Positions 40,732 through 52,230 are shown, numbered from the stretch's first letter. The stretch: 64,000 nt of DNA from Candidatus Latescibacterota bacterium (GCA_965248265.1 CBDFJF010000002.1:768001-832000); one strand, 5' to 3'. The notes: generated from the letters alone by a model not told the origin. Numbers and translations are program-made.

Positions 40732-41706
40732 TCAGAAGCCGCAACGCGCGGCCGCGCGAAAAAACGGTTCTGCCATCGCCATAGCGCCCCGAAACGTGAA
40801 GTCGCTGGTCATCGGATGGACGCAAATTAGGCGCGCACCGTTGTCGATGGCGCGAACCATGTTGTCCTCGATATCCTTAGGGTCCTCCATCGAGCCGCTC
40901 CCGACCACCCGACCCAGGTGGACGCCACGTTCGGCCCCCGCCCGGAACAGAGCGTCCACGGCATCCTCGACTTCCGGGAGTTCGCCCTCGCGCAGGATGG
41001 CGTCGAAAGGACCCACGAAGCCGCAGGCCTTGTTGGGTCCCTGGGCAGCCATCAGGTCGAGGACCCGGTCCCTCAGGTCAGTGTCGATGATGTACTCGGC
41101 CGTCTCGAATTGGATCCATCCCTGAGTCTCCGTCTCCACGCCCCGTAGTTCATCCGGTGTGAACGCGAAGTTGCGGTCGCCATAGCGAATGGGATAGCCG
41201 CCACGGTCGTCCGCCGTGGCCTGTCCTGGAACCGGGAATTCAACCGAGCGGTAGTAGCGCTCCGCCTGCTCGTAGGTCGTACCGTACGGCTTCAGCGTCG
41301 CCCGGGCACCGATCTGAAACACGTCACCGTGAAAGCTGGCGGCCTCGCGGTGTAGCCGTTGGCAGGTCAGCATGCCGAGGCGGTTGATGGTCGCGTTCTG
41401 CTCCGTGCCGTACCAACCCTCCCACTGGCGGTGCTCCGCATCATTGACGATCCATGAAAACCCTGCCCGCGCCCAGGCATGGGCTTCGTTTTCGCGAAAC
41501 TGATGCCACGGAATATCGTTGAAGATTCCCAGCAGCGGTGGTGTCGCGGCGACGGAATCGGCCTTGTCCAGGATTTCCTTGAGCGCATTGCGGCTGGGAT
41601 TCAGTGTGTAGTCGTGGGCGCGTCTGGCAAACTCCTCCGTCTTTAGTGGACGGCTTCCGCCGATCGCGTCAATGGCACTCATCGGGGTAGTGGTTGGGGC
41701 AGTCAA
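40732..41706 (-). CDS. HpcH/HpaI aldolase-like protein (divergent)
   Basis: AGFSWIVNDAEH, IQFET, FVGPFD; TTG start after RBS GGGAGG. Confidence 0.65.
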   Translation of the reverse strand: MTAPTTTPMSAIDAIGGSRPLKTEEFARRAHDYTLNPSRNALKEILDKADSVAATPPLLGIFNDIPWHQFRENEAHAWARAGFSWIVNDAEHRQWEGWYGTEQNATINRLGMLTCQRLHREAASFHGDVFQIGARATLKPYGTTYEQAERYYRSVEFPVPGQATADDRGGYPIRYGDRNFAFTPDELRGVETETQGWIQFETAEYIIDTDLRDRVLDLMAAQGPNKACGFVGPFDAILREGELPEVEDAVDALFRAGAERGVHLGRVVGSGSMEDPKDIEDNMVRAIDNGARLICVHPMTSDFTFRGAMAMAEPFFRAAARCGF

Positions 41707-41808
41707 AAGATCCTCCCTGGTGTGGGGTTGCCGCACGCCAGGCGGCAACGATGCTTTTTCGGCACTAAAGCCTACTGGTGAGAGGCTGTCGCCGCAACAT
41801 GGGAGCCG

Positions 41809-42582
41809 CTAGTGAGGGGCGGTCGCCGCAACACGGGCGTGATCGCACATGCGCCGCAGGCAACAACTGGAGCACAACGGTGCGGGACGGCAGTGTTCAC
41901 CCGCATGTCGGACGATGAGCGCGTGGAACTCGTTGAAGAGGTCAGCATCACGGGGCAAGCCAGATACGAACAACGATTGCAGCGCCGGGTAGCTGACGCC
42001 CTCCTTAACCCATCCAAGACGGGCGCAGATCCGGCGCGCGAAGGCATCGATGACGAATGCGGGATAGCCTGCAGCATAGAGCAGGATGGAGTCGGCCGTT
42101 TCCGGTCCGATGCCGCGTTGGGCGAGTAATTCCGGGCGCAGTTCGTCATGCGGGCGGCAGAGCATGGCCGCAAGATCGCCGCGGTCGCGTTCGTCGACAT
42201 ACGTGGCCAACTCCTGCAGATGCCTGGCTTTCTGGTTGTAATAGCGTGCCGGACGGATCAGCTCTGCAAGCTCAGCGTGTGGCAGCCCGCGAATACCCTC
42301 CAGTGTCAGGCAGCCATGGCGGGAGAGATTCTCCAGAGCCAACGTCGCATTCGTCCAGTTCGTGTTCTGGGTAAGAATTGCTCCGACGACGATTTCCCAT
42401 TGTTGTATGGCGGTCAGTCGGCGCCCCGGCCTGTCCGGGAAGTATCGCGGGGTTGTGGCCCCGGGTGACGTGGTAGGCCACCAACCTTGAGGTCCGTAGC
42501 GTTCGAGCAGGCGGTCGTACACCCGGCGGATTCTTCTGCTATTCACGAAGGGAAAATGTGGACTCAGACTCAGGGTGGTCAA
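41809..42582 (-). CDS. Endonuclease III-related HhH-GPD protein
   Basis: YGPQGWWP, GAILTQNT.W.N, GIGPETADSILLYA, D...RR, FHALIV, C...P.C..C.L...C Fe-S motif. Confidence 0.9.
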   Translation of the reverse strand: MTTLSLSPHFPFVNSRRIRRVYDRLLERYGPQGWWPTTSPGATTPRYFPDRPGRRLTAIQQWEIVVGAILTQNTNWTNATLALENLSRHGCLTLEGIRGLPHAELAELIRPARYYNQKARHLQELATYVDERDRGDLAAMLCRPHDELRPELLAQRGIGPETADSILLYAAGYPAFVIDAFARRICARLGWVKEGVSYPALQSLFVSGLPRDADLFNEFHALIVRHAGEHCRPAPLCSSCCLRRMCDHARVAATAPH

Positions 42583-42620
42583 GCTTTCTCAAACAGGGCG
42601 CCAGACTTAGATTGACCGTC

Positions 42621-43724
42621 ATGAATGCCATACCGAAAACTTATAGAGCTGTCGCCATCGGACACACGGACCACGGCGGGTACGGACACGGTATCCACCT
42701 GCCCTACGGGGGCCTCGACAACGTCGAGTTCACGGCCGTCGCCGATCCCGATGAGGCCGGGCGGGCTAAAGCTCAGGAGGAAACGGGAGCCCCACGTGCC
42801 TACGCCGACTTCGCTGACATGCTCCGATCCGAAGAACCGGATATCGTCAGCGTCTGTCCGCGTTGGACGGAGAAACGATCAGACATGCTGCTGGCGGCTC
42901 TCGACGTTGGCGCGCACGTATACTGTGAAAAGCCCCTGGTGTCGAACCTGCAGGAGGGGGACAGGATCGTTGCTCGTGCTCAAGAGCTCGGCCGCAAGAT
43001 AGCTGTCGCCCACCAGGCGGTGTACCTGCCCCGGGTGCAGTATGTGAAGGAGATTCTGCAACAGGGGGGAATCGGTGAGGTCCAGGCCATCCATGCTCAT
43101 GGAAAGCAAGACAGTAGGGGTGGTGGGGAGGACATGCTGGTGCTGGGAACTCACCTGTTCAACATGATGCGGTTTTTCGCCGGCGATGTCAGCTGGATCA
43201 GTGCCCATGTCGCGATGGATGGTCACGAGCTCGAGCAGTCTGATGTGCACGAGGCCACGGAACCAGTGGGTCTGGTGGCCGGAGACTGCGTCGATTCCTA
43301 TTACGCCTTCGAGTCCGGGATTGCCGGCTTCTTCGATTCCCGCAAGGACCAAGCCGGTGCGGGCGGCACGCCGTATGGCATGGACATCATCGGCTCGGAG
43401 GGCAGGATCTCGATGCGCGGCGGGGCGGGAGAGGCTCTGATGATCTATCCGCATTCGCTCTACGCGCCGGCCGAGTCGACACAACGCTGGGAGCCATTGG
43501 TTGAGGCACCCAAGAGCCGAATGAAAGATGGCAACCAGCTCGCAATCATCGACCTGATCGAGGCGGCTGAAGAGGATCGCAAGCCGCTGTCCGCCGATAC
43601 CGACGCGCTGGCTGCACTGGAGATGATTCTGGGTACCTATGCATCCCAGATAAGCGGTACCCGGGTGGAAGTACCGATCGCGGATCGCGTCCATCCACTC
43701 ACGCGTTGGACGAGTGAGACGTAG
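42621..43724 (+). CDS. Gfo/Idh/MocA family oxidoreductase
   Basis: GYGHG, AVADPD, GAHVYCEKP, LGTH. Confidence 0.9.
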   Translation: MNAIPKTYRAVAIGHTDHGGYGHGIHLPYGGLDNVEFTAVADPDEAGRAKAQEETGAPRAYADFADMLRSEEPDIVSVCPRWTEKRSDMLLAALDVGAHVYCEKPLVSNLQEGDRIVARAQELGRKIAVAHQAVYLPRVQYVKEILQQGGIGEVQAIHAHGKQDSRGGGEDMLVLGTHLFNMMRFFAGDVSWISAHVAMDGHELEQSDVHEATEPVGLVAGDCVDSYYAFESGIAGFFDSRKDQAGAGGTPYGMDIIGSEGRISMRGGAGEALMIYPHSLYAPAESTQRWEPLVEAPKSRMKDGNQLAIIDLIEAAEEDRKPLSADTDALAALEMILGTYASQISGTRVEVPIADRVHPLTRWTSET

Positions 43725-43730
43725 TCGCTG

Positions 43731-45182
43731 ATGCCGGAGCGCGACGTTCCACACGAGGTCATTCCGAGCCGTATTCTGCCGGCGCCCAAGTACCGCGATC
43801 TGCCGGAGGCGCCAAGCTGGCGCCGGCTTCTGGGACCCAGCATCCTGCTGTTGGGGCTCTCCATCGGCAGCGGTGAGTTCGTCCTGTGGCCCTTCATCAC
43901 CTACTAGTTCGGTTTCGTCGTGTTCTGGGCTTGCATGGTCGGGGTGACGACGCAGTACTTCCTGAACATGGAGATCGAGCGCTGGACCCTGGCCACAGGG
44001 GAGACTGCGGTGACCGGTTTCTGTCGCTTGTGGAAGCACTGGGCGTGGATCTTCCTGGCCTGCAACATCGTTCCCTGGATGTGGCCCGGGTGGGCATCTG
44101 GCGCTGCCACCATCATCACCTGGGAGTTAGGCGGCGGCGAGGGAGCGCGCGTCTTGTACTCCATCATCAGCCTCGTTCTCGTGGGGTTGGCGCTCACGCT
44201 GGGACCCGTCGTCTATAACACGGTCGAGCGCATACAGGTCGTCCTGATCGGTCTCGTCTTCATCGCCATGCTGACGATATTCGCTCTCGTCGTCGAATTC
44301 GGACACGTCGTCGACATGTTCAGCGGCATCGCCAACATCGGCCACATACCAGAGGGGATGGAGTTGCCCCTGTTGCTTGGAGCGCTCGCCTTTGCGGGCG
44401 CCGGCGGCACCATGAACCTGGTACAGAGTGACTTCGTGCGCGATAAAGGCTACGCCATGGGTCGCTACATCGGTCGCTTGACGAGTCCGCTCACGGGGAA
44501 GGAAGAGGTGGTGTCCGACATTGGCTACCATTTCGAGCACACCCCCGAGAATGAACGGCGCTGGCGCGCCTGGTGGAAGGCGGCCAATCGCGAACACGCG
44601 CTGAGTTTTTACCTGCTCTCGGTCGTCTCGCTGATGCTCCTGTCGCTGATCGCCTACGCGACCACCCGACACGCCCCCGGGCTCGAGAAGGGGATCGGAT
44701 TCATCCGACTGCAGGGTGAGTTTATCGGTCAGCAGTACGGCGGAATCTTTCAGCACTTCTTCTTGTGGATGGGTGTGGCCATCCTGTTGACGACGGAACT
44801 CGGTCTCCTGGACGCCTGTGCCCGCATCTCAACCGACATCATCAAGGTCAACTGGTTGCGGGACAACGCGCGTTGGACCGACAGCCGCCTGTACTTTCTG
44901 CTGCTGTGGATCCAGATCGGCCTCGGTTGCGTGATCATGCTGGTGGGTCTGGTGGTTCCCGGATTTACCCAACCACTGGTTCTGCTGGTGTTCAGTGCGT
45001 GCTTGAATGGCGGAGTGATGCTGATCTATTCAGTGCTGTTGTTGTGGCTGAACGTGCGGGTTCTGGGCGGTGGTTTGCGGATGCCGTTTGTCCGGCGCCT
45101 GGCGATCCTCTGGTCATGTGCCTTTTTCGGATATTTCACCGTGGTGACATTGATCGATCGCGTTCCCAAGCTGTTCGAATGA
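43731..45182 (+). pseudogene. Nramp-like (APC superfamily) transporter with an in-frame TAG at 43905-43907
   Basis: ATG 43731..LGPSILLLGLSIGSGEFVLWPFITY*FGF.. continues in the same frame into ORF 43920..45182 (NMEIERWTLATGET, FAGAGG); many TM helices. Confidence 0.8.
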
Positions 45183-45222
45183 ACATGACGGGTAAGCGCT
45201 CGAGCCGCGAGGAGGTTCAGTT

Positions 45223-45984
45223 TTGAGTGGTGCAATGAGAAAAGTCGCCATCGTAACGGGCGGGGGCTCCGGTGTGGGTAAGCGAACGGCCCTGGCGTTA
45301 AATGGCGATGGGTATGCGGTTGTCGTCGCCGGTCGCCGACCAGACGCTCTGGAATCGACGGTGGCAGATTCGGGGGTCGACGACGGTTCCGTCGTCGGCG
45401 TACCCACCGATGTCACCGACGCCGAATCGGTTCAAAGCCTTTTCGCCGTGACGAGGGAGGCCTTCGGGAGGCTGGATGTCCTGTTCAACAATGCCGGCAC
45501 CGGCGCACCCGGGGTGTTGCTGGAAGAAGTGACCCACGAACAATGGATGACGGTCGTCAATGTCAATCTCACCGGGTCGTTCCTGTGCACGCAGGAGGCA
45601 TTCAGGATGATGAAGAGTCAACTGCCGATGGGAGGGCGCATCATCAACAATGGCTCGATTTCAGCCCACATGCCGCGCCCGAACTCAGCCCCCTACACGG
45701 CGACCAAGCACGCAATAACCGGTCTCACCCGATCGACGTCTCTCGACGGGCGCAAGTACGATATCGCCTGCGGACAGATCGACATCGGCAACGCGGCGAC
45801 GGAGATGACACAGCGCATGAACGATGGAGTGCCTCAGGCCAACGGCACCTCCATGGTCGAGCCGCGGATGGATGCCGACAACGTGGCCAGGGCGGTCGTC
45901 TACATGGCGAGTCTGCCTCTGGACACCAACGTCCAGTTCATGACGGTCATGTCAACGAAGATGCCTTACATAGGCCGGGGGTAA
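45223..45984 (+). CDS. Short-chain dehydrogenase/reductase
   Basis: [33 protein letters not shown]. Confidence 0.92.
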   Translation: MSGAMRKVAIVTGGGSGVGKRTALALNGDGYAVVVAGRRPDALESTVADSGVDDGSVVGVPTDVTDAESVQSLFAVTREAFGRLDVLFNNAGTGAPGVLLEEVTHEQWMTVVNVNLTGSFLCTQEAFRMMKSQLPMGGRIINNGSISAHMPRPNSAPYTATKHAITGLTRSTSLDGRKYDIACGQIDIGNAATEMTQRMNDGVPQANGTSMVEPRMDADNVARAVVYMASLPLDTNVQFMTVMSTKMPYIGRG

Positions 45985-46010
45985 AGGATGGGCAATCACC
46001 GGAGACTCCA

Positions 46011-47066
46011 ATGCTGATCGTAGATTCGCACCTGGACATCGCCTACAACGCCCTGGACTGGGATAGAGACCTGCTGCAGCCGATCAGGACGATTCGCGAG
46101 TCGGAGGCCGGCATGGGGCAGAAGGGCCGTGGGGCAGGGGTCGTCTGCTTCGACGAACTGCGTCGGGGCAACTTCGGACTCATCATCGTCACCGTCCACA
46201 GCCGTCTGGCCTCGTTGGGCAAGCGCTTCGCGGGAGTCCGGACGCAGGATATCGCCTACGCCAAGTGCAAGGGTGATTTGGCCTACTATCGCCTGATGGA
46301 GCGCAAGGGCGTACTGCGTCAGATCCGTGACGTCGCGCAACTCAATGCCCATCTGTCGGCATGGGAGGCGGACAGCGAATCCACGCCGATCGGGTACGTC
46401 CTCAGCATGGAAGGGGCAGACGGCATCGTCTCCGAGGACTTCGTCGAGGACTGGTGGGAGGAGGGGTTGCGGGTTGCGAGTCTATGTCACTACGGCGTCA
46501 GCTCCTACTCGCACGGCACCCAGGCTCCGGGCGGACTGACGCCGCGCGGGGCTCCACTGCTGAAGGCGTTGGATGCGGCCGGGATCATTCTCGATGTCAG
46601 TCACCTTGCCGAGCGTGCTTTCTGGGAAGCACTCGACCACTTCGGGGGTCGCGTGCTCGCCACCCACAACTGCTGCCGCGCACTGTGCGATGATGACCGT
46701 CAACTCGACGACGCCCAGGTGCAGGCGCTGATAAGCCGGCAGGGTGTCATCGGTACAGCGTTCGATGATTGGATGCTGTCCCCTGCCTGGGACCACGGCG
46801 CCATGGACAACACCGGAATCACCCTGGAAACGGTGGTCGATCACATCGACCACGTGTGTCAGATAGCCGGCAACAGCAACCACGCGGCCATCGGTACGGA
46901 CCTCGACGGCGGTTACGGGCGGGAGCAGGCGCCAGCCGACATCGATACCATCGCCGATCTCCAGAACATTCCCGCCATTCTCGATCAGCGTGGCTATTCC
47001 CAGGAGGATATTGCCAGTATCATGCACGGCAACTGGATCCGCACGCTGCGCGAAGCCTGGGCATAG
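46011..47066 (+). CDS. Membrane dipeptidase (peptidase M19 family)
   Basis: DSHLD, MEGAD, LDVSHL, THNCC, HIDHVCQIAG..IGTDLDGG, GNW. Confidence 0.88.
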   Translation: MLIVDSHLDIAYNALDWDRDLLQPIRTIRESEAGMGQKGRGAGVVCFDELRRGNFGLIIVTVHSRLASLGKRFAGVRTQDIAYAKCKGDLAYYRLMERKGVLRQIRDVAQLNAHLSAWEADSESTPIGYVLSMEGADGIVSEDFVEDWWEEGLRVASLCHYGVSSYSHGTQAPGGLTPRGAPLLKALDAAGIILDVSHLAERAFWEALDHFGGRVLATHNCCRALCDDDRQLDDAQVQALISRQGVIGTAFDDWMLSPAWDHGAMDNTGITLETVVDHIDHVCQIAGNSNHAAIGTDLDGGYGREQAPADIDTIADLQNIPAILDQRGYSQEDIASIMHGNWIRTLREAWA

Positions 47067-47092
47067 CCCACGGCCGCGGATCTGAGATAGCT

Positions 47093-48862
47093 ATGTTTTC
47101 AAACGACGCGCTGTTTACGATCATCGTCGTCCTGGTGACCATGGCGGCGCTGGTTCCGCAGCGGTTTGCGCCAGATCTTGTTTTGATGGGTGCACTCACG
47201 CTGCTGCTCATGTCGGGGGTGTTGTCTCCAGCCCAGATGCTGGAGGGCCTGTCGAATCCTGGCCTGGCTACGGTAGGCATTCTGTTCGTGGTTACGGCGG
47301 GTCTAGTCGGAACCGGTGTAACCCGGCAGATCGGCGAGTGGTTCATGGGCAGGTCGCAATCTGTAGCGACCTCCCTGCTGCGGTTGATGGCTCCCGTGGC
47401 GGCGCTGAGCGCTTTTCTCAACAACACTCCCGTCGTGGCCATGATGGTACCGGCCGTCGAGGACTGGGCGCGCCGCCAGAATGTCGCGGTTTCCAAGCTG
47501 ATGATTCCCCTCAGCTACGCCGCGATTCTGGGGGGCACATGCACCATCATCGGCACCAGTACAAACCTCATCATCAACAGCCTGGCCATAGAATCCGGCA
47601 TCGAGTCCTTGAGTTTCTTCGAGATTGCTCAGGTCGGCTTGCCGTGCGCGCTGCTGGGAATCGCCTTCACGATCGTGTTCAGCAGGTGGCTGTTGCCGGC
47701 GCGGCATACGCTGGTATCTGCGCATCTCGATCCTCGCGAATACGCCGTGGAAGTGCTGGTGGATCCCACCAGTCCGATCATCGGACGCACGATCGAGGAA
47801 GCGGGTCTGCGCCAACTTCCTGGAGCCTATCTGGCAGAAATCGAGCGCGATGGAGAGGTGATGCCGGCGGTGGCACCGAGTGTTCGGCTGCGTGAAAATG
47901 ACCGTCTCGTCTTCGTCGGAATCGTCGAGTCCGTCGTCGACTTGATGAAGACGAAGGGACTGATTCCCGCTGCGGAACAGCTGTTCAAACTGGATGCTCC
48001 ACGCCAGAAACGCTGCCTGATCGAGGCCGTGGTCTCCGATCGATGTCCGATCGTCGGCCGCACGATTCGTGAGGGCCGGTTTCGCTCGAACTATGAGGCG
48101 GTCGTGCTGGCGGTAGCGCGCCACGGTGAGCGTGTGGCGGGCAAAATCGGAGACATCTCTCTGCGTTCTGGAGACACCCTGCTGCTGGAGGCGCGCCCTT
48201 CCTTCGTGAGGCAACACTACGACTCGCGGGATTTTCTGCTGGTGAGTGAAGTGGCGAGGTCGGCTCCGCCACGCCACGAACGTGCCTGGATCTCCCTCGG
48301 CATCCTTGCTGCCATGGTCGCCGGCGTCACCTTGGCGGGCATCTCGATGCTCAAGGCCGCTATGTTGGCCGCCGGGCTGATGGTGTTGACCCGCTGCACG
48401 ACTTCGGAGCGGGCAAGGCGAAGCATCGATTGGTCCCTGCTGACCGTCATCGCCGCTGCCGTCGGGATCGGCAAGGCCATGCAGGTCAGTGGCGCCGCGG
48501 AGGCTGTCGCACAGACATGGTTGAACCTGGCCGGAGAAGATCCATGGGCGACCCTGATGGTCGTTTACATCACAACCGCCTTGTTCACCGCCTTTCTGAC
48601 GAATATCGCCGCCGCCGTTGTCATGTTTCCGATCGCGTTGTCGGCGGCTGTGGGCATTCAGGTCAGTCCGTATCCTTTCATGATCGCCATCATGATGGCG
48701 GCGTCGACGAGCTTCGCCACACCGATCGGGTACCAGACCAATCTGATGGTTTACGGGCCTGGAGGATACCGCTTTGTCGATTACCTGCGCATCGGGTTGC
48801 CGCTCAATGTCGTAGTCGGAATCACTGCCATCCTCCTCATTCCTCGGGTATGGCCGTTTTGA
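47093..48862 (+). CDS. SLC13/CitMHS-like permease with two TrkA-C domains
   Basis: SAFLNNTPVV, GG.CT.IGTSTN, two cytoplasmic TrkA-C repeats, SFATPIGYQTNLMVYGPGGY. Confidence 0.9.
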   Translation: MFSNDALFTIIVVLVTMAALVPQRFAPDLVLMGALTLLLMSGVLSPAQMLEGLSNPGLATVGILFVVTAGLVGTGVTRQIGEWFMGRSQSVATSLLRLMAPVAALSAFLNNTPVVAMMVPAVEDWARRQNVAVSKLMIPLSYAAILGGTCTIIGTSTNLIINSLAIESGIESLSFFEIAQVGLPCALLGIAFTIVFSRWLLPARHTLVSAHLDPREYAVEVLVDPTSPIIGRTIEEAGLRQLPGAYLAEIERDGEVMPAVAPSVRLRENDRLVFVGIVESVVDLMKTKGLIPAAEQLFKLDAPRQKRCLIEAVVSDRCPIVGRTIREGRFRSNYEAVVLAVARHGERVAGKIGDISLRSGDTLLLEARPSFVRQHYDSRDFLLVSEVARSAPPRHERAWISLGILAAMVAGVTLAGISMLKAAMLAAGLMVLTRCTTSERARRSIDWSLLTVIAAAVGIGKAMQVSGAAEAVAQTWLNLAGEDPWATLMVVYITTALFTAFLTNIAAAVVMFPIALSAAVGIQVSPYPFMIAIMMAASTSFATPIGYQTNLMVYGPGGYRFVDYLRIGLPLNVVVGITAILLIPRVWPF

Positions 48863-48947
48863 ACGAGAATCCGCGTCGGTTCGGATGCGCAGGCGACCGA
48901 GGACAAGACTACGTTGACCTTTCAGGCGACGCTGGACCAGCCCAATC

Positions 48948-50360
48948 GTGATCTCGTCCTGCGGCGATTCCCGGATCTATTCTAGGCGTTCCTTTCTCAG
49001 GCACTCAGCAGCCGTTGCCGTCGGGTTCGCCGGCATGCGCTATGTCATTGCTTGCACCGATGGTTCAATGGAACCGGGCCCGAATAGCAATCCGTATGGG
49101 CCTCTCACGCTGATGCAGAGGGTATACTCGATCTACCCGAGGGATTTACCTACCGCATCATCTCGCGCGCAGGCGATCTCATGCAGGACGGCTTGCTGTT
49201 TCCCGGAAAACAGGACGGCATGGCGGCCTTTCCGGGACCAGGAGGCAAAACGATTCTGGTGTGCAACCATGAGGTGGATGTGGGGGGCTTCGACTTGGGT
49301 CCTTTCGGAACACAAAACGAGCATTTTGGCCTTGTCGATGCCGAGTTGTTGTACGACGCCGGTGGGGACAGCCCATGCTTGGGCGGTACTACAACCACCC
49401 TGTTCGATACCCGCTCAGGCCACGTCGAAGCGACGCTTCTGAGTCTAGCCGGTACCATCCGCAACTGCGCCGGTGGACGGACTCCATGGGGCAGCTGGAT
49501 CACGTGCGAAGAGACCGTGCGCAAGGTTGGTGACTACTGTGCCGTCGACCACGGTTACAACTTTGAAGTACCCGCGACCGAGCTTGCCGAGCTGACCCCG
49601 GCCGTGCCACTGACCGGGATGGGGCGATTCAACCACGAAGCGGTTTGTGTGGATCCGCGGACCGGAATTGTCTACCAAACAGAGGACCGCGGCGACGGAT
49701 TGATTTACCGGTATGTCCCTGACCGTCGAGCCCGCGCATATCTTGCAGAAGGGGGTCGGCTCCAAGCGTTGGCCGTGATCGACAGCCCGTCCCTGGATAC
49801 GAGAAATTGGGCATTCCCTCTGGTCACGGCTGACCAGCAACACGCCATCCAGTGGGTGGATATCGAAACAGTCCCCGGAGGATGATCTGCGCCACCAGGG
49901 TTTTGCTCGCGGGGCGGCGCGGTTCGCGCGGGGCGAGGGGATGTGGTTCGGCGACGGTGAGCTGTATTTCGCGTGCACCAATGGAGGTTTGAAGCAGAAG
50001 GGACAGATATGGAGGTACACACCAGGACCTCAAGAAGGGACGGCTGATGAGGGTAGGCAGCCGGGTATGCTCGAACTCTTCATAGAGCCGGATGATGCCG
50101 ATCTGGTGGAGAACGCGGACAATCTCGTTGTTTCTCCATGGGGTGACCTGATTCTGTGTGAGGATGGCCCGTTTGATCAGTATCTGGTCGGGGTCACGCC
50201 CCAAGGGTCTACTTACAAACTGGGACGCAACGCGCTTACCGGCTCGGAGTTTGCAGGGGCGACATTTTCCCCCGATGGCAGTACCCTTTTCGTCAACATT
50301 CAACATGCCGGGCTGACATTTGCCATCGTCGGGCCCTGGCTGCAGAGCAGAAAAATCTGA
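48948..50360 (+). pseudogene. phoX: Tat-exported alkaline phosphatase PhoX (DUF839) family gene with two frameshifts
   Basis: SRRSFLR Tat motif; YGPL|ADAEGILDLPEGF (shift near 49107); DGMAAF, NHE, NCAGG.TPWGSWITCEE, GRFNHEA, TED; shift near 49870 into SPEDDLR..FARGEG..DN..CED..SEFAG.TFSPDG.TLFVNIQ. Confidence 0.88.
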
Positions 50361-50380
50361 GTAATTCCAGGAGGATGTAG

Positions 50381-51604
50381 ATGAGGTTTTTCATGGGTAT
50401 GCTGGCGGCGCTGTCGTTGGCGACGTGTGGAGTCAACGAAGTGACCATCCAGCTTGAGGGTGGGGACGGCAACAAGGTCAGACTGGATCTGGACACGCTC
50501 CAGTTGAAGAGCAACCGGCTGGTGGATGCCGGCTCCTTCAACTTCAAGGAAGTCAAGCAGGGATCCTACACCATCCGCGTGGTCGCCAACGAGTACGTGG
50601 GCAGCAGCACCCTGGAAGTTGACTCACCGCCGATCTCCGGCGTCCACACCTACGGCCTTGCCCTGAAAGTTCCCAGTGGCAGTAATCCCTCCTATCGGCC
50701 TCAGGGCACCATTCTCTACGCGGCTACCCCCACGAAGATCCGGGACTGGGAGCTGTACACGGTGGAGGCTACCGGTGGGAAGCCCGTTCAGCTCACCGAT
50801 ACCCGTGAGTTTGAGCAGCATCCGGCCTGGTCTCCGGACGGCAGCGATATCGTCTTCACCCGGGGAGAGGTCATGACGAACATCGACATCTATGTCATGG
50901 CCGCTGACGGCAGCGGCGAGAGACGACTGACCGAGCATGCCGAGCGCGACGAGCACGCAGCCTGGTCACCGGACGGCGCCAAGATCGCTTTTGACAGCCA
51001 GCGCGACGGCGACATATCCATCTGGCTCATGGATGCGGATGGCGGCAACAAGCGCAAGCTGGCGAACGGACGATATCCTGAATGGTCGCCCGATGGCAAG
51101 ACCATCGCCTTCACAAACTTCGTCGATGCCAGCGACGAGATCTTCACCATCGGCATCGATGGCTCCAACCTCCGTCGCCTGACGCAAAACAAGTACATCG
51201 ACTGGTTCCCATCGTATTCACCTGATGGCCGCCGCCTCGCCTTCAATTCCGAACGCTTTGGCGGTGAGGAACTCATTGTGGCAGACGTTGGAGGCGGCAC
51301 CCAGGTTCGGGTCACTGTGGCCAAACACACGTTCGAGCAGGATCCGGACTGGTCCCCTGACGGCCGGGGCATGGTCTATCAGGGGAAAATGAACTTCCGT
51401 GAGGATGGCGAACTGGACGTACACTTCAGCAACAAGACCGGCAAACATCGTCCGCAGGGCACCTTCGACATCTTTGTGATACCAGCCGTCGGTTTCGACT
51501 GGGATGACACGGATGAGCATCCTATCATGCCCATCAACCTCACCAACACCCCTGATCACGATGAGTGGTCGCCCAGCTGGAAGCCTAACCCGCCGCAGAC
51601 GTGA
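50381..51604 (+). CDS. Probable lipoprotein with TolB-like PD40 beta-propeller repeats
   Basis: Signal ending LATC; repeated P.WSPDG..I.F motifs. Confidence 0.85.
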   Translation: MRFFMGMLAALSLATCGVNEVTIQLEGGDGNKVRLDLDTLQLKSNRLVDAGSFNFKEVKQGSYTIRVVANEYVGSSTLEVDSPPISGVHTYGLALKVPSGSNPSYRPQGTILYAATPTKIRDWELYTVEATGGKPVQLTDTREFEQHPAWSPDGSDIVFTRGEVMTNIDIYVMAADGSGERRLTEHAERDEHAAWSPDGAKIAFDSQRDGDISIWLMDADGGNKRKLANGRYPEWSPDGKTIAFTNFVDASDEIFTIGIDGSNLRRLTQNKYIDWFPSYSPDGRRLAFNSERFGGEELIVADVGGGTQVRVTVAKHTFEQDPDWSPDGRGMVYQGKMNFREDGELDVHFSNKTGKHRPQGTFDIFVIPAVGFDWDDTDEHPIMPINLTNTPDHDEWSPSWKPNPPQT

Positions 51605-51960
51605 CGCGGTCAGGCCATGCCGGGCTCCGCTCTGTCCTGTGACCGGAGGCGAAATTCCCGTTTTCGCACCGGCGTACGTGCGCGCGCAGGGAGACAAAGC
51701 CGTCTGTCTTAATGGATATCCGTCGCCTAGAACAATGTCAACGACTGGCGTCAAGACTGGTGTCATCGCTGTCGAATCAAATGCTTGGATGTTGGACTGG
51801 GGCTGCATATATTATCCGGCACATCGTCTCCGCCATCGGGCGGGGATCCACCACGCGTCAGCAGTCGTTCTTCGCTGTACTGAGTAGATCCTACCCATGT
51901 TCGGTTCGAACGTTCTGCTAGCACCACAGTTCAACAGATCGAAATGGGAGGGTTCGCATC

Positions 51961-52170
51961 ATGGCTGACCGCCAGTCAGGAACAGTGAAGTGGTTCAACG
52001 ACTTCAAGGGCTTCGGTTTCATCGAGGTCGAGGGGGGCGGTGACGTCTTCGTGCACCACAGCTCGATCCAGATGGAGGGCTTCAAGAGCCTCGCCGAGGG
52101 TCAGCGGGTGGAATTCGAGGTCGTCCAGGGCCAGAAGGGTCCCGCCGCGGAGGCTGTCGTAGTAGTCTAA
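51961..52170 (+). CDS. csp: Cold-shock protein (CspA family)
   Basis: GTVKWFN..KGFGFI, DVFVH.S.I, GFKSL.EGQ.VEF, GQKGP. Confidence 0.97.
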   Translation: MADRQSGTVKWFNDFKGFGFIEVEGGGDVFVHHSSIQMEGFKSLAEGQRVEFEVVQGQKGPAAEAVVVV

Positions 52171-52192
52171 GGCGGAATCAACTGATTTTGAC

Positions 52193-52230
52193 AAGAGGGC
52201 GGTGGCAGTTGCCATCGCCCTCTTTTTTTT
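52193..52230 (+). terminator. Intrinsic terminator after csp
   Basis: AAGAGGGCGGTGGC-AGTT-GCCATCGCCCTC followed by T8. Confidence 0.9.

Noticed and set aside
51605-51960. Structured ncRNA or riboswitch upstream of csp
   Set aside because: A long 5' UTR is normal for csp genes, and no recognisable RNA family motif could be supported by eye.
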